Shown here: piece after piece, positions 20,711 through 30,728 of the stretch
Layout of the letters: the number at the start of each line of letters is the position of its first letter
How positions within the stretch are numbered: the stretch's first letter is position 1
Assembly: GCA_963835575.1 (NCBI GenBank)
Contig: CAWIGG010000002.1
Coordinates: 1,216,001-1,280,000 of the forward strand
DNA length: 64,000 bases
Direction: 5' to 3'
DNA from: an uncultured Spirochaetota bacterium
GTDB taxonomy: Bacteria; Spirochaetota; Brevinematia; Brevinematales; JAOACQ01
Program-made: the position numbers and the translations under genes
The notes under the pieces: model-generated
What the model saw: the letters and a program-made list of their open reading frames with translations, nothing else
Databases searched by the model: none
Told to the model about the DNA's origin: nothing

Positions 20711-22337
20711 TAAAATGATATATTTGTAGCGTATGCATTGATGTTGAAACTTGCGTTGGCATCGGTCAGTGATGTAATGGTGTTTCCATTAATCTTAAAG
20801 TTGTAAAAACTAACCCCATCGATAGTATTGGTTTTACCATAAGCCGGGCTGTTGGTATCTGTTATCCAGGAATGATCTGTACCGACAAGACGGCATTCCC
20901 TGTTTATATTTGCTGAAATATTGGAAAATATCGTATTGGATATGGAACCAATCCCGAAGGCCGTTCTCCAGTTGATACTCTGGACATCCATATCCAGATC
21001 TATAAGCCGTCCGGTGACATACTCGATCCTGATATTATTAAAAAGGGTGCCTGAAATAACAGCCGTATCATCTGCGTCAATGACCAGCGCCCGGTCGACA
21101 AGAATGACATCCACATCGTCATAGGTGACGTTTGATATGGTATCCCCGATGGTCTTGGTTCCGATCTTGCATGCGCCGTAGCCGAAGCAGACGATCTTCC
21201 GGTGAGTAATGCCGTTCACACTCATATAAGGACCGGTTGTCGGATCGACAGTAGTACCATAGGATTGCCCGTCGGGAATATCATCGCTTTTCACGGCCAT
21301 GCAGTCGTCGCCGTCATAGAGGAAGGCGTTGTAAAGGCTGCAGTTGATGCAGTTGTCAAAGTCAACGCCGTCGGTTTGTTCCATGTTGATGACAGCCGGT
21401 TGTTGATAACTTTATAATTGGTGATGGCGATACCGGTGCTCCGGTAAATCAGGGTGGTCCAGAAGCAGGAATCCCGGGAAATGATGCCTTCGACTATGCA
21501 GTTGGTGCTCCCCTCAATTTTTACAAGGAACATCTTTCTGCCGGAAGATTTCAGAACCTTGCCGTTGCCGTCGATGGTTCCTCTTCCCATCAGCCGGGCA
21601 TTGATGACGCCGTTCATACTGATAAAGCCCTGGCTGCACCCCTCGATTATGACATATCCTGCAGGATTAGCCAGCAGTTCGCCCGAAGTCGTGGCGCATT
21701 CCAGAACAGCCCCATCGGCCAGATACATGGTCATGTTGTTCTTTAGATTGAGGGTTTTGGTGCGGTATGTCCCCGGCGGAAAGTAGAGAATATTCCGTGC
21801 CGCGCCTGAAGCCTGATCAATCGCCCCCTGGATGACCGCAGTCACCAAAGTTCCTCCGGTATTGTCCATCCCCGCATAATCCATGATGTTTGTGACATTG
21901 GCATCACCCGGCTTCGGAGGGCTAACCTCGGCGGGATCAATCAGGATAAAAAGCCGTTCCACTCCAAAGGTCTGTGACTGGAGGACCAGATAACCTGGTT
22001 CGGTTGCCGTGAAAGTTATCGTATTTCCTGAGACAGACAGGCTGATGTTTTTGCTGAGCGGACTCAGGGTATAGCCGGAAGCGGATCCGCTGTTTACGGT
22101 CACTGCCACTGAACAATTGGAGCCGGGCCAGTTTAAACGGACATAATTTACCGGGACATCGTATTTGGAAACCCTTTCAACCGCTGCCGGCGATCCGTTT
22201 ATTGCGACCGAATAAATGGAAGCCGCGGATGTCGAACTGCTTGAGGTTCCATTATTGGAGGATGCCGGATTGACGCTGCAGCCGGTAAAGATCAATAAAA
22301 ACAAAAATATTACATTGATAAACCATTGCTTTTTCAT
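20707..22337 (-). pseudogene. GH28-family (polygalacturonase-like) lipoprotein split by a 1-nt frameshift near 21378
   Basis: ORF 21291-22337 has lipobox FTGC, LYFPPGTY and GRGTIDGNG. ORF 20707-21384 has TDGVD and GDDCMAVKS. The junction TGG AAC AA ACC GAC GGC is one base short. Confidence 0.82.
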
Positions 22338-22377
22338 AATAACTCCTCCTGATTTCCCGGGATTGTAAAATAGCGCA

Positions 22378-22411
22378 ATTGCCGGCGAGTTCTGAATAAA
22401 TCGCCGGCAAT
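22378..22411. other. Intergenic hairpin inside the operon (attenuation or mRNA-stability element)
   Basis: Perfect 11-bp arms ATTGCCGGCGA / TCGCCGGCAAT. Confidence 0.55.
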
Positions 22412-22424
22412 CAATTTAATCTTT

Positions 22425-23087
22425 TTAATTAGTATTCAAAACAACGAGATTGGCAATATCAAACATAATATCCTGACCGTCAGCAGGGCTGAGAAACTGG
22501 ATCCTGACCTTGTCAAAGATCCAATCTCCAGGATTTTTTGCGAAACCGCTATAGGTAATATACTGACCTACTTTAATGGGCACGCTTATATGGCACCATG
22601 TATCAGCAGCTATGACTGATTTATCAAAGTAGCATGAATAAATCGGCGTATAGTCGGCCGTGATGGTATTATAAAACGCGAATTGAACAGCGGTCATCAT
22701 TGATCTGCTTGCGGCAGGAACATAAACATCAAAATTAATGGTGAATTTCTGGTCCTTCATATCAGTCGGTTGTTGTAAATCCCACTGTACTTCAACACCG
22801 GTGGCGCCGTATAAATTCTGCGAATAGGCATGGACCTGAACGCAGCTTTTACCGCCGTTTGTTACAATAATACCGTTGTCGGAAATATTTGGACCTGCGC
22901 CGGAAAGCCTCCCTTTAGACATAAAAAAACTGCCGGCTGAGGCAGCGAAACTCTCATCGACGGCCACTACAGGTTTGAAACTATCGCTAACGATACTGCT
23001 GTTACTGCGGACTGTATTGGAACAAGCCGCCAGGATAGACAAAAGCATTGAAGCAAAAATGCTCAGGAAAATCTTTTTCCTTATCAT
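22425..23087 (-). CDS. Lipoprotein with the uncharacterised domain (paralogue 2)
   Basis: GGAGG RBS, lipobox LAAC; CVQVHAY, GATGVEVQW, FTINFDVYVP, DTWCHI, FDKVRIQF shared with the paralogues. Confidence 0.85.
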   Translation of the reverse strand: MIRKKIFLSIFASMLLSILAACSNTVRSNSSIVSDSFKPVVAVDESFAASAGSFFMSKGRLSGAGPNISDNGIIVTNGGKSCVQVHAYSQNLYGATGVEVQWDLQQPTDMKDQKFTINFDVYVPAASRSMMTAVQFAFYNTITADYTPIYSCYFDKSVIAADTWCHISVPIKVGQYITYSGFAKNPGDWIFDKVRIQFLSPADGQDIMFDIANLVVLNTN

Positions 23088-23341
23088 ATAAATCCTCCAG
23101 CCCGAGGGCTTTTCAAATGTGATCATCATTTCTGTATATTTGAAACAGCAAGATCGGCCAGATAGAACAGGATTTCATTACCGGCAGCGGTATCGAGAGT
23201 TCTTAACTGGATTCTGACCTTGTCAAATATCCAGTCTCCGGGATTGCTGGCAAAACCGCTATAGCTGACATTGCTGCCCCCGGTAGTTGAGACATAACCC
23301 TTAATGTGGCTCCATGTATTGGAGACAACGGAGCTTTCATA

Positions 23342-25042
23342 CAGACTGTGTGAAAAAAGAGAATACATTTATAAGATCAGCCATCTAAAGGTTCCTGCTT
23401 ACTTTAAAGAAGAGCCTGAATAAAAAATTACTGATAATCATTGAAATTCAGACTATATTGCGGCTAATAACTTATCAAAACCAGCAATATTCAGAACTCT
23501 TTTAAAATTATAGATAAATGCCGTGAAATTAAACTCGCTTTTTACTTTATCAATCCCCTTCAGCAAGAAATTATTATAACCAAAATTTCCTTTTATTGTT
23601 CCAAATGGATGTTCTGCCAACTCTTTTCTGATTGCAACAATCTTTTGCCCCAATTCACTTCGGACCTTCTCATCGAATTTATCCATATCTTCCTTTCGCA
23701 CCGATAACTTTACCGTCCTGCCTTCTTTGCTTTTTGTGCATAAATGCTTCTTCTCACAATTCTCGTTCCTGCACTTGAATTCCGCTACAGTAATCCCCGT
23801 GTTTTTATCCTGATATACACTTTGATTATTTAATCGTAATCCTTGCGGACAAATCAACTGGTTCTTCTCTTTATCAATCTTGAAATCTTCTGCCAGATAT
23901 CCTTTTGCCGGGATACTTTCTTTCTGCTGCTCTTTGTACCTGGACTTTTTTTCTTTTTCATCGCGCGGGCTTGGAATATAGATTTCATGACCCCCGTCTG
24001 TAAGCGGTAATATCTCACTTTCGCAATAATATCCGGCATCCAGGACATGTATGGTTTTTAATCCCGGTTCGGCTTCAAGTTCTTTCTTTATTTCTTCAAC
24101 TTTATTAACCATATTTCCCGCTTGATGAACATCATTACTTTCATTGGTTACATCCACCGCGACAATCAATTTATTCTTTTCGTCCACTGCTATCTGCGCG
24201 TTGTACAAAACATCCGTTTTCCCTTTATCTTTCCCAATTCTGCCGTCGGGATCATTCCCGTAAACGATTTCAAGTTCCGGATCGGCCTCAAACATTTTTT
24301 TTATCGCTTCTACTTTTTCTTTTCTTGTCTTGAGGCTGTCCAGCTTTTTTTCAATGTTGCTGGATAAAAACTCAAACTCGTTTTCTTCCGATTTATCATT
24401 TTTATCCAATTCCAAAAGATATTTGTCTATTTTTTCATTAATCTTTTTCTCAACTCCTTCAATGCTTTCCCGCCTATAAATATTACCCAGACTGTTTTGC
24501 CCACTTATTTTCGTTCCATCTGTCGCTGTTAATTTAAATGTCAGCAGTTCTAATTTGCGGCATACTTTCAAAAACTCTTTGAAAATGTTTTTTATGCCCT
24601 TAATATTATCCCTTCTGAAATCCGCTATGGTCTTAAAATCAGGCGCTAAGCGGCAGGTCAGCCATATCAGTTCCGTATTCCTTTTACATTCGTTTTCTAA
24701 TTTCCTCGTGGTCCTGACTTTGTTCAAATATCCGTAAATATATATTTTCAACAATACATCCGCTGTGTAGGATGGACGCCCTTTTTTCGCCTCTTTAATT
24801 TTGAATCCCAACCTCCTGATGTTTAGTCTGCTCACATATGCGTCTATAATTCTTACAGGGTTCTTCTCTTCTATCAAACCATCAATAGTTTCCGCGTAAA
24901 GTACTATCTGGTCTCTTGGCTCTCCTGTTATATGGTTCATCTTACACACCTCAAATTTGATTACATATTATACCTTATTAAAATAAATTTGAGGATTTTT
25001 CTCCGCCTTTATTGTCTTACACCGCCTTTTTCACACAGTCTG
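23342..25042 (-). mobile_element. IS1182-family insertion sequence (1701 bp)
   Basis: 16-bp terminal IR CAGACTGTGTGAAAAA / TTTTTCACACAGTCTG; 3-bp duplication ATA on both sides. Confidence 0.93.
23453..24949 (-). CDS. IS1182-family transposase
   Basis: GRPSY, PDFKTIADFR, ATDGTK, YNAQIAVD, DAGY, CPQG, AEHPFGTIK. Confidence 0.95.
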   Translation of the reverse strand: MCKMNHITGEPRDQIVLYAETIDGLIEEKNPVRIIDAYVSRLNIRRLGFKIKEAKKGRPSYTADVLLKIYIYGYLNKVRTTRKLENECKRNTELIWLTCRLAPDFKTIADFRRDNIKGIKNIFKEFLKVCRKLELLTFKLTATDGTKISGQNSLGNIYRRESIEGVEKKINEKIDKYLLELDKNDKSEENEFEFLSSNIEKKLDSLKTRKEKVEAIKKMFEADPELEIVYGNDPDGRIGKDKGKTDVLYNAQIAVDEKNKLIVAVDVTNESNDVHQAGNMVNKVEEIKKELEAEPGLKTIHVLDAGYYCESEILPLTDGGHEIYIPSPRDEKEKKSRYKEQQKESIPAKGYLAEDFKIDKEKNQLICPQGLRLNNQSVYQDKNTGITVAEFKCRNENCEKKHLCTKSKEGRTVKLSVRKEDMDKFDEKVRSELGQKIVAIRKELAEHPFGTIKGNFGYNNFLLKGIDKVKSEFNFTAFIYNFKRVLNIAGFDKLLAAI

Positions 25043-25692
25043 ATAGAGAACCGAGTAAACCGGGACATAACTGTGAAGAATAGTATCATAAAATGCCCAC
25101 TGGATACCGTTAACTCCGGTAAAGCCTCCTCCATTAGTATAGGTAACATCGGGGACATAAACATCGAAATCAATGGTAAAATTTTCTCCTCTCATATCGG
25201 TCTGCTGGAATAAATTCCACTGCACCTCCACACCTGTGGCTCCGTTGGCGTTCACTGCATTTGCATGCACCTCAAGGCATGCATGGCCTGCGTTACTGAC
25301 TATCGTGTTATCTCCGGCAAGTGCGCCCCCCTTTGAAAGGTAAAAGCTGCCGGTCGAAACATCGAAATTATTGGTGTAGGCCACAACCGCTGTGAAACCG
25401 GCACTGGAACTGGAACCACCGCCGCCGCCGGAAGATGCCGGTGAGGTTGAACATGCCGTAAAAACCGATATTACTATAATTCCCAATGCAAAAAGAACAC
25501 TTTTCATATTTAAAACCTCCACTCATTATTTTTTTATACTTTTCATCCGCTTAATAACAAAATCAGAACAAAATATTATAATGGCAGGATCAATCATTTG
25601 ATAGGTGCAAAAAGTCGGGTTTAAAAAAATATTCCGAGGAATTTGCTTTATGTTTTTCAATTTTCAAAATTTATTTTAATTTAGTGAACAAC

Positions 25693-25711
25693 CCAGTACT
25701 ATTAGTACTGG
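25693..25711. promoter_or_regulatory. Candidate operator palindrome upstream of the lipoprotein cluster
   Basis: CCAGTACTA-t-TAGTACTGG with perfect 9-bp arms, about 190 bp upstream of ATG 25507. Confidence 0.4.
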
Positions 25712-25873
25712 TGGATAAAAGATGATATCTTTTAATTTTCCAGTTTAATTAAATTCAGGAAGATTATCCGCTTGCAGAGTAATTAATGACTGTCTACGCT
25801 TATTTTCAATGCAGTCCAGGTATTCAAAAACTTTCTAAATCAGCCGTGCCCATACCAGATCAGGTTTCTTATT

Positions 25874-26152
25874 GTGCGGAAAGAATTCAATCCGGCATTG
25901 AGTGATTCCGCCGTTAATGAATGCTTTGGTTTTTCGGACTGTGAAGCAGAGATTACAGCCAGACTCATTAAGGGAATGAGCTATAACAGCATCAGGCAGA
26001 GCCTCTTTATCAGCCTGGACACAGTCAAGACTTATGTCAATAGAATCTACCGTAAAACCGGCATCAGTAAACGGCAGGAACCGCAAAGGGTATTGCAGAA
26101 TGACGTAAGAGAAAGGAAATATTTTTTCCGGGGCCGGAAAAACTGTTCATGA
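25874..26152 (+). pseudogene. Stand-alone or truncated LuxR-type HTH
   Basis: FSDCEAEITARLIKGMSY...LFISLDTVKTYVNRIYRKTGI; no sensor domain and no clear RBS. Confidence 0.65.
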
Positions 26153-26156
26153 TCTT

Positions 26157-26834
26157 TTAAGCCCCGCAGTTCTTTTTTACCAGATCATAAATAAATCGGG
26201 CGGTAATGCCCCAGATGATCTCGTCCTGCCAGCGGTATAGATAAATCGCCTGGACGGCATTACCCCAAGGTTTTGAGTAGTATTCAGGGAGGTTCAGTTC
26301 CCTGGCCGGAAAGAGAATGATTTCTTTGCCGTCTTTATCAGTATAGGAAGGATGCACCATGAGACGGGCTTTGTATATTTCAGGTTTATTATTTTCAAAA
26401 TAGGAAACGGGAACGGTAAACACCTTCTCCACCTCTTTATGATTAATAGACAGTTCCTCCAGGTTTTTTGTTTTCGCCAGCCCGACAAAACCGTCTATTG
26501 TCGCGCCCATTGAAGCCACAACTGTATCAACACAGCCGATGATTTCAATTTTATTGCCCGGAATGCCCAATTCCTCGGTTGTCTCCCTGAGGGCCGTATC
26601 CCTGAAATTCCTGTCCATCGCCGGGTCGAACATCCCGCCCGGAAAGCAGATTTCGCCGCCATGCCTGACCTGCTCCGATCTCTTTTGAAAAATAAAATGC
26701 AATTCGCCTTCAATTTTCATCAGCAGTATCAGGACCGCCGTATTGATATATTCATCCCTGCCGTTGATGCCGGGACATGCGGGCAGTTTTTTCTTTAAAA
26801 AATCCAGTTTTTCTTTAAGCAAAATGAACCTCAT
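26157..26834 (-). CDS. Nudix hydrolase, CoA pyrophosphatase (NudL-like)
   Basis: HGGEICFPGG...ALRETTEELGI Nudix box; IWGITA. Confidence 0.92.
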   Translation of the reverse strand: MRFILLKEKLDFLKKKLPACPGINGRDEYINTAVLILLMKIEGELHFIFQKRSEQVRHGGEICFPGGMFDPAMDRNFRDTALRETTEELGIPGNKIEIIGCVDTVVASMGATIDGFVGLAKTKNLEELSINHKEVEKVFTVPVSYFENNKPEIYKARLMVHPSYTDKDGKEIILFPARELNLPEYYSKPWGNAVQAIYLYRWQDEIIWGITARFIYDLVKKNCGA

Positions 26835-26949
26835 ATATCAATTTAATCTTAATCATAGTCCATAAACTTTCTTTTATCAATAAAACCCTTTCATTTTTTT
26901 GCAAAAAAAAGTGTTCTATTTTAATCTAAAAAAGAGGGGACATTTTACA

Positions 26950-28947
26950 ATGCCGAAATTTAAGGTCCATGCCAATTACAAACCTTCCGGCGACCAGCCG
27001 CTGGCCATAGAGCAGATCACTGAGAATTTCCTGAACGGAAATAAGGCCCAGACGCTTCTCGGCGTCACAGGAAGCGGGAAGACATTTACAATGGCCCATG
27101 TCATTGAGAATCTGCAGGTGCCGACCCTGATCATGTCGCACAATAAAACTCTGGCTGCCCAGCTTTTCCGCGAGTTCAGGGACTATTTTCCGGACAATGC
27201 CGTCGAATATTTTGTGTCATACTATGATTATTACCAGCCGGAGGCTTATGTGCCTCAGCGCGACCTTTATATAGAAAAGGATGCTAAGATCAATGATGAA
27301 ATCGACAGAATGCGCGTTTCCGCCGTCGCATCGCTCATGGACAGGCAGGACGTCGTCATTGTCGCTTCCGTTTCATGCATCTACGGGCTGGGCGCACCGG
27401 CCGACTACAAACAGCTTATGCTTTTAATTAAAAAAGGAATGGATTCCGGGCGCGACGACATCATCCATCAGCTGATAAAAATCCAGTATGAGCGGAGCGA
27501 TTTCGACCTCACGCGCGCGGCCTTCCGCGTCAAGGGCGATATCATTGATATCCATACCGCCTATTCCAGGGAAGTGATCCGCGTCGGGTTTTACGGGAAC
27601 GAGATCGAATCGATAAAGAGAATGAATTACCTCACCGGCAAATTCATCGAGGAACTCGACAGGGTCGTCATATACCCGGCGAAGCTCTTTCTGACGACCG
27701 ATGATAAAATGAAAGCGGCTATTGTTTCCATTGAGCTTGAGCTGGAGGAAAGGCTTAAACAGCTCAAATCGCAGGGCAAAGAGATAGAAGCCTACAGGCT
27801 TGAGTCCAGGACCCGCTACGATATCGAAATGATGCAGGAAATGGGCTACTGCAGCGGGATAGAGAATTATTCGCGCCATCTCTCCTTCAGAAAGCCGGGG
27901 GACAGGCCTTTTGTCCTGCTTGATTATTTTCCATCCGGTTTCCTGACGATTATAGACGAATCCCATCAATCCATTCCGCAGATAGGCGGAATGTTTAACG
28001 GCGACCGTTCCCGGAAACAGGTCCTGGTGGACTTCGGATTCCGCCTGCCTTCCGCGCTGGACAACCGCCCGCTCAGGTTTGAGGAATTTGAAGGCATGAT
28101 CGGAAAGACGCTTTATGTTTCCGCAACGCCGGCAGATTATGAATTGAAAAAAAGCAGTGCTATAGTTGAACAGATCATCCGGCCGACCGGCCTGATCGAC
28201 CCCGAGGTCGAGATACGAAAGACCGCAGGACAGATTGACGACATCATACTGGAAGTGAAAGCAAGGATCAAAAATCACGAAAGGACACTGATCACGACCC
28301 TGACTAAAAAGATGGCCGAGGACCTTTCGGATTACCTCACTGAAAACGGATTGAAGGTCGCCTATCTGCATTCGGAAATAGAAACGATCGAAAGGGTCGA
28401 GATTTTAAAAAAGCTCAGGCTCGGCACTTATGATATCCTTGTCGGCATCAATCTCCTGAGGGAAGGGATCGATCTTCCGGAAGTCTCACTTGTGGTCATA
28501 CTGGACGCCGATAAAATGGGATTTCTGCGCTCGGCGCGGTCACTGATCCAGATCATCGGCAGGAGCGCCCGGCATATCAATGGAAAAGTCATCATGTACG
28601 CCGACAATATGACCGATTCCATCAATGAGGCGTTGCGGGAAACCAACCGGAGAAGAAAAATACAGATGGAACATAATATAAAAAACAATATTACCCCGAA
28701 GACGATACAGAAGGAAATTACCGATATACTGGAAAGAAAATTAGAGGCTGAGGTAGAAAAAGTCGATAAAATAGCGGAATACAAGAAAAAATATATCGAA
28801 AAGAAGAGTTTATTAAAAGAATTGGAAAAATTGATGTATCATTACTCGGAAAATCTTGAATTTGAAAAAGCGGCCGAGGTCAGGGATGAAATCCTGGCCC
28901 TTGAGGGAAAGAAGAAACCCGCGCCGGATATTCTCCCGGAAGGTTAA
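26950..28947 (+). CDS. uvrB: Excinuclease ABC subunit B
   Basis: GVTGSGKT, YYDYYQPEAY beta-hairpin, DESH, GINLLREGIDLPEV, C-terminal UVR domain. Confidence 0.98.
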   Translation: MPKFKVHANYKPSGDQPLAIEQITENFLNGNKAQTLLGVTGSGKTFTMAHVIENLQVPTLIMSHNKTLAAQLFREFRDYFPDNAVEYFVSYYDYYQPEAYVPQRDLYIEKDAKINDEIDRMRVSAVASLMDRQDVVIVASVSCIYGLGAPADYKQLMLLIKKGMDSGRDDIIHQLIKIQYERSDFDLTRAAFRVKGDIIDIHTAYSREVIRVGFYGNEIESIKRMNYLTGKFIEELDRVVIYPAKLFLTTDDKMKAAIVSIELELEERLKQLKSQGKEIEAYRLESRTRYDIEMMQEMGYCSGIENYSRHLSFRKPGDRPFVLLDYFPSGFLTIIDESHQSIPQIGGMFNGDRSRKQVLVDFGFRLPSALDNRPLRFEEFEGMIGKTLYVSATPADYELKKSSAIVEQIIRPTGLIDPEVEIRKTAGQIDDIILEVKARIKNHERTLITTLTKKMAEDLSDYLTENGLKVAYLHSEIETIERVEILKKLRLGTYDILVGINLLREGIDLPEVSLVVILDADKMGFLRSARSLIQIIGRSARHINGKVIMYADNMTDSINEALRETNRRRKIQMEHNIKNNITPKTIQKEITDILERKLEAEVEKVDKIAEYKKKYIEKKSLLKELEKLMYHYSENLEFEKAAEVRDEILALEGKKKPAPDILPEG

Positions 28948-28953
28948 AAATAT

Positions 28954-29844
28954 ATGCCGGATTACAGAGATGATTTTCAAATTTATCTTACATACGAAAA
29001 AAAGCTGGCTAAAAATACCATTTCCGCTTATATGCAGGATATAGAGGAATTTCTTTTTTCCCTGGACGAAAATTTTTCTGTTGAAGAAGTAGACAAAGAT
29101 GATATTCTTGAATTTATTATATCTCTTAATGAAAGAGGGATTTCCAACCGCAGTATTGCACGTAAAATCAGCAGTTTAAAAGCCTTTTTCATCTATCTTT
29201 TAAAAACCGAAAGAATTGAAGAAAGCCCCATTGAGAAAATCGATTCGCCTCAATACCTTAAAAAACTGCCTCATTATCTGAACCTGGATGAAGTGGAAGC
29301 AATGATCCGGCAGGGCGAAGGCAGGCCGAGAGACATCCGGGATTCTTGCATTATAGAACTGCTTTATTCCTGCGGGCTGCGCGTCAGCGAACTCTGCGGT
29401 CTGAAAACAGGGGATATTTCCTTTGAAAACAGGGTTATAAGGGTGATGGGCAAGGGAAGCAAGGAAAGACTTGTCCCTATCGGCGGAAACGCAATCCAGG
29501 CTGTTAAAAAATACTTCACTTACCGGAGGGAATTATCGCCCCGTAAAGCCCTTCCTGATTTTCTATTTATTTCGAGGCTCGGTAAAAAGCTCACCCGCGT
29601 ATCGGTCTGGTCTCTCATAAAAAAAAGGGCGCTCAATGCCGGTATTGAAAAAGACATCACGCCCCACACGCTCCGGCACAGCTTCGCCACACATCTCTTG
29701 AATAACGGCGCGGACTTGAGGAGCGTCCAGGAAATGCTCGGCCACAGCGATATTTCGACGACGCAGATCTATACCCATGTGTCTTCCGATATTATCCGGG
29801 AAACGCATAGGAAATACCATCCGCTGGAAAAAGGGAACGGGTAA
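28954..29844 (+). CDS. xerD: Tyrosine recombinase XerD/XerC-type
   Basis: LLYSCGLRVSEL, GKGSKER, HTLRHSFATHLL, QEMLGHSDISTTQIYTH. At 296 aa it has no IntI-specific insertion. Confidence 0.9.
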   Translation: MPDYRDDFQIYLTYEKKLAKNTISAYMQDIEEFLFSLDENFSVEEVDKDDILEFIISLNERGISNRSIARKISSLKAFFIYLLKTERIEESPIEKIDSPQYLKKLPHYLNLDEVEAMIRQGEGRPRDIRDSCIIELLYSCGLRVSELCGLKTGDISFENRVIRVMGKGSKERLVPIGGNAIQAVKKYFTYRRELSPRKALPDFLFISRLGKKLTRVSVWSLIKKRALNAGIEKDITPHTLRHSFATHLLNNGADLRSVQEMLGHSDISTTQIYTHVSSDIIRETHRKYHPLEKGNG

Positions 29845-29873
29845 TCCGCTAAGGCACGCGAAGAAACGCGAAT
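29845..29873 (+). repeat. Outer inverted repeat IR-A, left arm
   Basis: TCCGCTAAGGCACGCGAAGAAACGCGAAT; 24/29 match to the reverse complement of 34814-34842. Confidence 0.8.
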
Positions 29874-29895
29874 CAATAGGAAGGCTTATTATACT

Positions 29896-29942
29896 GACCC
29901 CAATTCGGCAGGATTTACAGGATTAAACAGGATGAGCAGGAT
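29896..29942 (+). repeat. Inner inverted repeat IR-B, left arm (four CAGGAT boxes)
   Basis: GACCCCAAT-N3-G-CAGGAT-N3-CAGGAT-N4-CAGGAT-N3-CAGGAT; the same layout is inverted at 34520-34566. Confidence 0.85.
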
Positions 29943-30085
29943 TGAGGAATTACAGGAAGATGGAAGGCGGGAAGAGTGAATTGTAATACTAAATCTGTTC
30001 ACTATTTTAGAGTTTTTCGACAGGTCGTTGTGCGAAGGGCTTGGCAACCGTCGATACGAAAAACGGCACGGATGCCGTTTTCTTA

Positions 30086-30667
30086 CTATTTTTTTGTCCG
30101 ACTATTAAAATTTTTTATAATAATAGATACCCTTTCTTTTATAGTAAAATATTCTAATGCATTATAAAAGTCTTCATCTTTTAATTTTTTAATTTTTGAT
30201 CCAATATCTTTTCTCATACTTTTTATTAAGTTTATATATAATTTACGATTTTCATCTTTAGTATAAAATTGCCTATAAAAGACATCTATATTTTGAGTTG
30301 TAGCTGATTTACCATTCTTCTCTCGATATTCATTGCTTTTTGCTATAACATATTCAAAACATTTAATATTAATGATTGATAGATTATTTATTACATCTTC
30401 ATTAGCATATAACACTAATTTTCTTTCTAATTCTTCAAATTTTGCTTCAATAATTATTTTTTCATTTTCATTTGAAAAAATATTATTATCCCATTTCGTT
30501 TGTAATTCAATAAATTCCTGATAAATTTTAGTTTTTGTGTTTCTAATATCCCTGATTGTTTCTTGGCGTTTTGTAACAAAATAAGTAAGAAATGCACCTA
30601 TTACTAATGTTATTAATGGCCAAGATTTATTTAATATTGATAATAAGTTTGATAGTGTTTCATTCAT
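30086..30667 (-). CDS. Hypothetical AT-rich cassette-like protein with N-terminal TM helix
   Basis: 193 aa, much more AT-rich than uvrB/xerD; followed by a hairpin (30060-30081) and an R''-like GCACAAC (30027-30033, minus strand). Confidence 0.8.
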   Translation of the reverse strand: MNETLSNLLSILNKSWPLITLVIGAFLTYFVTKRQETIRDIRNTKTKIYQEFIELQTKWDNNIFSNENEKIIIEAKFEELERKLVLYANEDVINNLSIINIKCFEYVIAKSNEYREKNGKSATTQNIDVFYRQFYTKDENRKLYINLIKSMRKDIGSKIKKLKDEDFYNALEYFTIKERVSIIIKNFNSRTKK

Positions 30668-30728
30668 TTAAAAACCCCCGATTAAATCCGCCACGACGGC
30701 GGATATATATATTATAAAAAAAGCCGGC

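Larger units (their letters stand above)
23126..25507 (-). pseudogene. Lipoprotein paralogue 3, interrupted by IS1182
   Basis: The 5' part (25507-25043, lipobox FTAC) and 3' part (23338-23126) rejoin as PVYSVLY|ESSVVSNTWSHI, colinear with paralogue 1 PIYSVYYTSSVVADTWCHI. Confidence 0.92.

Noticed and set aside
27424..28371. Long antisense ORFs over uvrB, ileS, the activase, GH43 and others
   Set aside because: They are shadow frames of well-supported genes, with no motifs or RBS.
28954..29844. xerD as the integron integrase of the adjacent array
   Set aside because: It has housekeeping XerD length and motifs, lacks the IntI-specific insertion, is coupled to uvrB, and lies at the distal end of the array rather than beside the attI-like site.
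29896..29960. CAGGAT repeats as a CRISPR array
   Set aside because: Units are 6 bp with 3-4-nt spacers, and there are no cas genes. No CRISPR array was seen anywhere in the window.
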